A stretch of DNA of 37,806 nucleotides from a virus (taxonomy: Duplodnaviria; Caudoviricetes), in IMG/VR virus record IMGVR_UViG_3300017700_000495, positions 1 to 37,806 of that record. The stretch is one strand, 5' to 3'. A model generated the notes under the pieces. The model was not told the DNA's origin, searched no databases, and was given only the letters and a program-made list of their open reading frames with translations. Shown here in pieces: positions 32,888-37,806 of the stretch. Position 1 is the stretch's first letter. Every line of letters starts with the position of its first letter. The position numbers and the translations under genes are program-made.

Positions 32888-34129
32888 ATGCCACTCGACT
32901 CAAACATCATCCTCGGCGTACAGCGCCCCAAGGTCACCAGCCCGCTTGAGATGTATCAGGCCAAGGCCATGATCGACCAGAACGAGCTGACGAGCCGACT
33001 GGGCGGTCTGAAGCTGCGCGAGGCTGAACAACAAACTGCCGACCAGAACCAGCTGCGTGATGTTTATCGCCAATTTGGGTCTGACGCAGCAGCGAACACG
33101 AATGCACTGTTTAAGGCCGGGCTGGGCAAAGAGGCTGTTTCTTATGAAAAGGCTCAGATTGACCGCCAGAAATCCATGGCCGACACGCAGAAAGCACAGA
33201 TCGAGGCGCACCTGCAAAAGCTAAACGTTGCGGGACAAATCTTGTCCGGTGTTCGGGATCAGGCCTCGTGGGACGCTGCACGCGCTCAAACCGCGCAAAT
33301 GCTTGGCCCTGAAGCCGCCGCCACCATGCCGCCACAATTTGACGCGGCACTGGTTGAGCAGAAACGCAACCAAGCGCTGAGCGTCAAAGACCAGCTTGAG
33401 CAGAAGTGGAAGGCGATGGAATACACCACGCCCAAGGCTGATGCTCGCTTGAGTGCAGACACATCACGCGCCAACAACGCCGCGACGGTGGGCGCAACGA
33501 TACGTGGGCAAAACATGGTGGATTCGCGCTCACGCGAAAGCACAGCCGCCACCCTCACCAAGCCCTTTGAAATCACCGGGCCAAATGGCCCCGTGCTGGT
33601 CCAGCAGAATAAACAAGGCAAGATCGTGGAGGTTGAGGGCTACACGCCTAAACAGGGCGCATCCAAGCCGCTGACAGAGGGCCAATCCAAGGCGCTGCTG
33701 TTCGGCTCGCGCATGGAGGAAGCCGGATCTGTGATCGATCAGTTGGCACTTGAGGGCCGCACAAAGTCTGTGCCAGGCTCCCGCGCTCCGTTGATCGGCG
33801 GCGCAGTCACCGCCATGAGCGGCGAGAAAAACCAGAAGCTGGAGCAGGCCAAGCGCGACTTCATCAACGCCACACTGCGCCGTGAGTCGGGCGCTGTCAT
33901 TGCTGATAGCGAGTTTGACAACGGCGAAAAGCAGTACTTCCCGCAGATCGGCGACACGCCGGCAGTCATTGCACAGAAAAAGCGTAATCGGGAGGTGGCA
34001 ACTCGCGGCATTCTGGCTGAGGTGCCGGACAGCGCAAACAGGGTGTCCAAAGTGCGCCAGTCGCCTGCTGCAGCTCCGGCCTCTGCTGCCGCCCCGAACA
34101 TCGATGCCCTGCTGGATAAGTACAAATAA
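32888..34129 (+). CDS. DNA ejection protein (gp20 position)
   Basis: Gln/Ala-rich; FINATLRRESGAVI..QYFPQIGD. Confidence 0.75.
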   Translation: MPLDSNIILGVQRPKVTSPLEMYQAKAMIDQNELTSRLGGLKLREAEQQTADQNQLRDVYRQFGSDAAANTNALFKAGLGKEAVSYEKAQIDRQKSMADTQKAQIEAHLQKLNVAGQILSGVRDQASWDAARAQTAQMLGPEAAATMPPQFDAALVEQKRNQALSVKDQLEQKWKAMEYTTPKADARLSADTSRANNAATVGATIRGQNMVDSRSRESTAATLTKPFEITGPNGPVLVQQNKQGKIVEVEGYTPKQGASKPLTEGQSKALLFGSRMEEAGSVIDQLALEGRTKSVPGSRAPLIGGAVTAMSGEKNQKLEQAKRDFINATLRRESGAVIADSEFDNGEKQYFPQIGDTPAVIAQKKRNREVATRGILAEVPDSANRVSKVRQSPAAAPASAAAPNIDALLDKYK

Positions 34130-35781
34130 TGGCAACTCTCGACCAACTCAGCGCCGCGCTGGTCAAGGCTGACGCGGCAGGCAATGCGGACGATGCGCGG
34201 GCGCTCGCGGCTGAGATTCGCAAGATGCGCACCGCGCCGGCAGCAGAAAAGCCCTCTGTCGGCTCGATGCTCAAAGACGAAATCATGGGCTCTGTGCCCG
34301 TGCAGATGGGCCTTGGCGCGCTTCGCGGTGCTGCTGGCATCGGCGCCACGCTGCTGACGCCTTACGATGCAGTGGTTGGAAATACCAAGTCCATCACCAA
34401 CCCAGAGCGCCGTGCTGACATTGATTCAGCTATGCCAAAAATAGGCGCAGAGCCGGACTCTCTGGCTTACGGCGCGGGCAAGCTGGGTGCGGAGATTGCC
34501 GGGACTGCTGGGGTCGGCGGTGCGCTGGCAAAAGGCGTTACAGCGGTTGCGCCTGGCGCGACGGGGTTTGCGAACGCGCTTGCCAGTGGTGGCTTCAAGG
34601 CCGGGGCTGGCGGTGGTGTTGGCAACCTGCTGACCCGCGCCGCTGGCGGTGCAATCTCTGGCGGTGCTGCTGCAGGGCTGGTAAACCCCGAGTACGCTAA
34701 AACTGGCGCCGTGGTGGGTGGTGCCTTGCCGGTAGTCGCTCAAGGCCTCGGAACGGCTGCGCGTGCTGCAGGTAGCGCCATCCGTGGCAAACCAGCCACC
34801 GCAGAGGTTCAACAGCTCGCCGCACGAGCGAAAGAACTGGGCATCAACATCCCGGCCGACCGCATGGTTGACAGCAAGCCGCTTAATGCCATCGCCGCAT
34901 CGCTGAATTACGTCCCCATGAGTGGACGCGCTGGAACGGAAGAAGCTATGAACAGCCAGCTCAACAAGGCGCTTTCCCGCACCTTTGGGCAGGACTCCAG
35001 CAACGTTACCCAAGCGTTGCGCAAAGCTGAAACCGTTCTTGGTGGTGAGTTTGAGCGCACACTGAAAAACAATGCCGTGAATTTTGATAGGCAGCTATTG
35101 GATGACGCGACCGCCGTTTTCAATCGAGCAGAACGCGAACTCGGGGCCGATGCGCTCAAACCGATTGCCAGCCAGATTGACGAGCTTATCTCCAAGGGCG
35201 CGACCGGGCAGATCGACGGGCAGGCAGCCTACAACATCAAGAAAACGCTGGACCGCATCAGCCGTGGATCTGGTAACGAAGCATGGCACGCGACAGAGCT
35301 GAAAAAGGTTCTGATGGGCGCACTTGATAGGTCCCTTGGTCCTCAAGAGGCCGCAGCGTTTGCCAAGACTCGCGCCCAGTACGGGAACATGTTGGACCTC
35401 GAAAAGTTGGCGAAAAACGGCGTTGAGGGTGAGGTGTCCGTGGCGCGTCTTGCCAACATGAAAAACATCAACAACCCGCAGATGCAGGAGCTGGCAGACA
35501 TTGCAGCCCAATTCGTGAAGCCTCGGGAGGGTCAGCACGGGGCAGCGCAGCGGATATTCACGGGTGGCGCTGCGGCATCGGTGGCCGGCGCTACTGGGGG
35601 TGTCGGTGGGTTGGCTGCGCTGGGCGGCGCAATGGCTGGCGGGCGGGCAACAAATATGCTGCTGAACAGCAATCTTGCCCGTAATGCTGCGCTGGGTACA
35701 TCAAACCCAGCAATTGAAAACGCGCTTGCACAGGCCCTGCCTGCTACATACCGCGCCGCTCCAGTCCTTAGCGCCCGGTGA
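34129..35781 (+). CDS. DNA ejection protein (gp16 position)
   Basis: MATLDQLSAALVKADAAGN N-terminus; Gly/Ala-rich; synteny. Confidence 0.75.
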   Translation: MATLDQLSAALVKADAAGNADDARALAAEIRKMRTAPAAEKPSVGSMLKDEIMGSVPVQMGLGALRGAAGIGATLLTPYDAVVGNTKSITNPERRADIDSAMPKIGAEPDSLAYGAGKLGAEIAGTAGVGGALAKGVTAVAPGATGFANALASGGFKAGAGGGVGNLLTRAAGGAISGGAAAGLVNPEYAKTGAVVGGALPVVAQGLGTAARAAGSAIRGKPATAEVQQLAARAKELGINIPADRMVDSKPLNAIAASLNYVPMSGRAGTEEAMNSQLNKALSRTFGQDSSNVTQALRKAETVLGGEFERTLKNNAVNFDRQLLDDATAVFNRAERELGADALKPIASQIDELISKGATGQIDGQAAYNIKKTLDRISRGSGNEAWHATELKKVLMGALDRSLGPQEAAAFAKTRAQYGNMLDLEKLAKNGVEGEVSVARLANMKNINNPQMQELADIAAQFVKPREGQHGAAQRIFTGGAAASVAGATGGVGGLAALGGAMAGGRATNMLLNSNLARNAALGTSNPAIENALAQALPATYRAAPVLSAR

Positions 35782-35863
35782 GGCCCTTGATGAAGCCGAC
35801 GATGACGACGATGACCAAGATGATCCCCGCCTTTATCCAAACCCACATTTCGTAATCAGACAT
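35768..35863 (-). CDS. 31-aa antisense membrane peptide MSDYEMWVWIKAGIILVIVVIVGFIKGLTGR
   Basis: Read manually. Fills the gap between the last ejection gene and the tail fibre. One clear TM segment; TAAAAT 6 nt before the ATG suggests a leaderless start. Confidence 0.6.
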   Translation of the reverse strand: MSDYEMWVWIKAGIILVIVVIVGFIKGLTGR

Positions 35864-35875
35864 TTCGCAATTTTA

Positions 35876-35906
35876 AGCCGCTCCGGGCAACCGTGGCGGC
35901 TTTTTT
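35876..35906 (+). terminator. Intrinsic terminator before the tail fibre
   Basis: AAGCCGC..GCGGCTT stem followed by a T-run. Confidence 0.7.
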
Positions 35907-35922
35907 CATTTCCAGGAGCCCT

Positions 35923-37296
35923 ATGGCGTACTACTTCAGCCCGGTTGGCAATAGCCAGATTCTCGACGCCAACGGTGATCCGCTGGTCGGCGGGACGATC
36001 AGCACGTATCTGGCCGGGACTTCTACCCCTGCCACGACCTACACCGACGACACGGGCGGCACGGCTCAAGGCGTCGTGATGACCCTAGACAGCCTGGGCC
36101 TGCCTGAAAACGGCCCGGTCTGGATCAATGGCGGTGTTCCGCTGAAATTCATCATCAAATCCGCGCTGGGCGTCACCCTGTTCATGTTTGACGATGTTTC
36201 CGGCATTGGCGACACCGCGACGACAATCGACCAGTGGGTTTTGTACGGTGCAGCGCCCACTTACATCAGCGCCACCAGCTTTTCGGTGGTCGGCGACCAA
36301 ACTAACACCTTCCAGATCAACCGCCAGCTCCAAAGCACGAACTCAGGCGGCACGGTCTACAGCGTTGTCTCAAACCGTTCATTTGCCGCAGGCATCACGA
36401 CCGTCACCGTCGTCAACCTGTCCGGCGCGCTCGATGCTGATTTGTCCAGCGTCAGTTACAGCCTGCTCAGCGCTGATAACAGCTCCATCCCCCGCAATTA
36501 CCTCTACCCCGACGTTCGCCAGACGGTGCTGTCCGGCCCGGTTGACTCTGGCGGCTTGCCAAACTTCGGCGGCGCGACTGGCTCCGCGACCGTCACCGCG
36601 ACCGGCACGCTGATTGCCACGGCGGCAAACGGCTACAACCGCGACGGCGAGATAAACCGGGTCGGCTCGATCACGAACCCGTCTTGGACCGGCCTGTCCA
36701 CGAATGGGACGATGTACCTTTACCTCGATATCTCGGCTGGCGGCATCTGCACGACCGGCTCCGGCACTCTCGCTCCGACCTACCGCTTTGGCGGCGCTGA
36801 TGTGACCACTTCCGGGCAGTTCACGTTCAACACACAGGAAATGTCCGGCAAGGTCGGGAACGGCTCTGCTGCTGTCCAGACTTACCGCGTCTATGTTGGA
36901 CAGGTAACCGTTGCTGGCGGTGTGGTAACCGCAATCGTCTGGTACGCCATCAAGGGCCGGTATGTTAGCGGCTATACATCGACCCTTCCAAGTGCCGGAA
37001 CATCGGTGACTAGAAGCCACAACATCGGCACCTTTCTCTGCAGAGGCGGCTTCCGCATCAAGTGCTTGTCTTCGCAGGCAAACTACGCAGTTGATGAAAT
37101 CGAACCGGGCCCATGGGCGCAGGGCGGCGCAAGTAACAGCAGCTTGATCACGCCTTCCTTCCTGAGCATCAATTCGATGCGCATCGTCACCGGCTCCAGC
37201 TTGGCTGTTGGTTTCTTCGACAGAAGCAATGGTGTGGGAACTGCCGCAACTGCAGCGAGCTGGGCCTATGAGATGTGGGCCGAAAGGAGCTTCTGA
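35923..37296 (+). CDS. Tail fibre / tailspike
   Basis: AGGAG SD; N-terminal DANGDPLVGG..TPATTYTD head-binding-type domain; Ser/Thr/Gly-rich beta-structure. Confidence 0.85.
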   Translation: MAYYFSPVGNSQILDANGDPLVGGTISTYLAGTSTPATTYTDDTGGTAQGVVMTLDSLGLPENGPVWINGGVPLKFIIKSALGVTLFMFDDVSGIGDTATTIDQWVLYGAAPTYISATSFSVVGDQTNTFQINRQLQSTNSGGTVYSVVSNRSFAAGITTVTVVNLSGALDADLSSVSYSLLSADNSSIPRNYLYPDVRQTVLSGPVDSGGLPNFGGATGSATVTATGTLIATAANGYNRDGEINRVGSITNPSWTGLSTNGTMYLYLDISAGGICTTGSGTLAPTYRFGGADVTTSGQFTFNTQEMSGKVGNGSAAVQTYRVYVGQVTVAGGVVTAIVWYAIKGRYVSGYTSTLPSAGTSVTRSHNIGTFLCRGGFRIKCLSSQANYAVDEIEPGPWAQGGASNSSLITPSFLSINSMRIVTGSSLAVGFFDRSNGVGTAATAASWAYEMWAERSF

Positions 37297-37694
37297 TGTG
37301 GTACGTCAAACCTAACGGCGCCATGTACATGGGTGATATGCAAGCTGGCGACCGCGCTGCAACAGAGCAAGAGATTGCCGACCGCGATGTTTCCCGTGAC
37401 GCTGAAATCAAAAAGCGCCTGTTGGCAGAGGCTGGGGCTCGCCGGGATACGCTGTTGTTTCACCTTGACCGGCTCTATCGCAGGGCAGGGGAGGCGAACG
37501 ACACCGACAAGCAGACGGCGATTTCGACCGCACAAGTCGCGCTGGAAAACATGCTCAACGACCCCCGGGTTGTTTCCTCGATAGACGGCGCTGCAAAAGC
37601 TGCGGTGCAGACGGTCTACCTTGAGATATTCGTCGCGCTGCACGCGGCATCACCGACCGCATACGCTGCCCTCAAGGCGCTGGACCCGCTATGA
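37296..37694 (+). CDS. Hypothetical protein after the tail fibre (assembly-chaperone position)
   Basis: AAGGAG SD; TGATG overlap. Confidence 0.7.
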   Translation: MWYVKPNGAMYMGDMQAGDRAATEQEIADRDVSRDAEIKKRLLAEAGARRDTLLFHLDRLYRRAGEANDTDKQTAISTAQVALENMLNDPRVVSSIDGAAKAAVQTVYLEIFVALHAASPTAYAALKALDPL

Positions 37695-37806
37695 CCTGGC
37701 TGCACTACGCCGGCCTCTATCTGGTGCTGCACCTCCCCGTGCTGTTTATCCTCTACTGGGCATGGATCAAACACGAGCGCGGCGGCTGGTGGAAGCTCTG
37801 CCACGT
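37684..37806. repeat. Terminal direct repeat, right copy
   Basis: Identical to 1-123. Confidence 0.97.

Noticed and set aside
35923-37296. Diversity-generating retroelement or invertible tail-fibre cassette
   Set aside because: No reverse transcriptase, invertase or nucleotide-level template repeat was seen; the similarity to 20845..21261 is at protein level only.
37684-37806. Biological terminal repeat or gene duplication
   Set aside because: It is an exact overlap cutting mid-gene, far from the terminase region; best explained as circular-assembly redundancy.

Overview
This window looks like one complete temperate, podovirus-like phage genome of 37,683 bp. Bases 1-123 repeat exactly at 37684-37806, so the assembly is circular. 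Gene order is lambdoid/P22-like: lysis genes, a cluster of unannotated tiny membrane peptides, attP (3' half of tRNA-Cys), int/xis, a leftward early operon (solo TnpB, acyl carrier protein, SSB, YqaJ exonuclease, ERF recombinase, many small genes), a cI/cro switch with readable promoters and operators, replication and nin genes, a Q-like regulator and late promoter, terminase, portal, scaffold, N4-gp56-type capsid, P22 gp4/gp10-like proteins, ejection proteins and a tail fibre. The host is probably a betaproteobacterium (inference). Leading candidates for new biology: (1) a transposase-less TnpB built into the early operon, with an apparently intact omegaRNA end whose predicted guide matches the phage's own terS at 14 of 15 nt and overlaps the xis ribosome-binding site; (2) a free-standing copy of the tail-fibre head-binding domain in the nin region, a possible assembly decoy; (3) five 25-33 aa membrane peptides; (4) a phage acyl carrier protein; (5) a repressor with no autocleavage domain plus a lone LexA DNA-binding domain. 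All family calls are by eye from motifs and synteny; no database searches were run.
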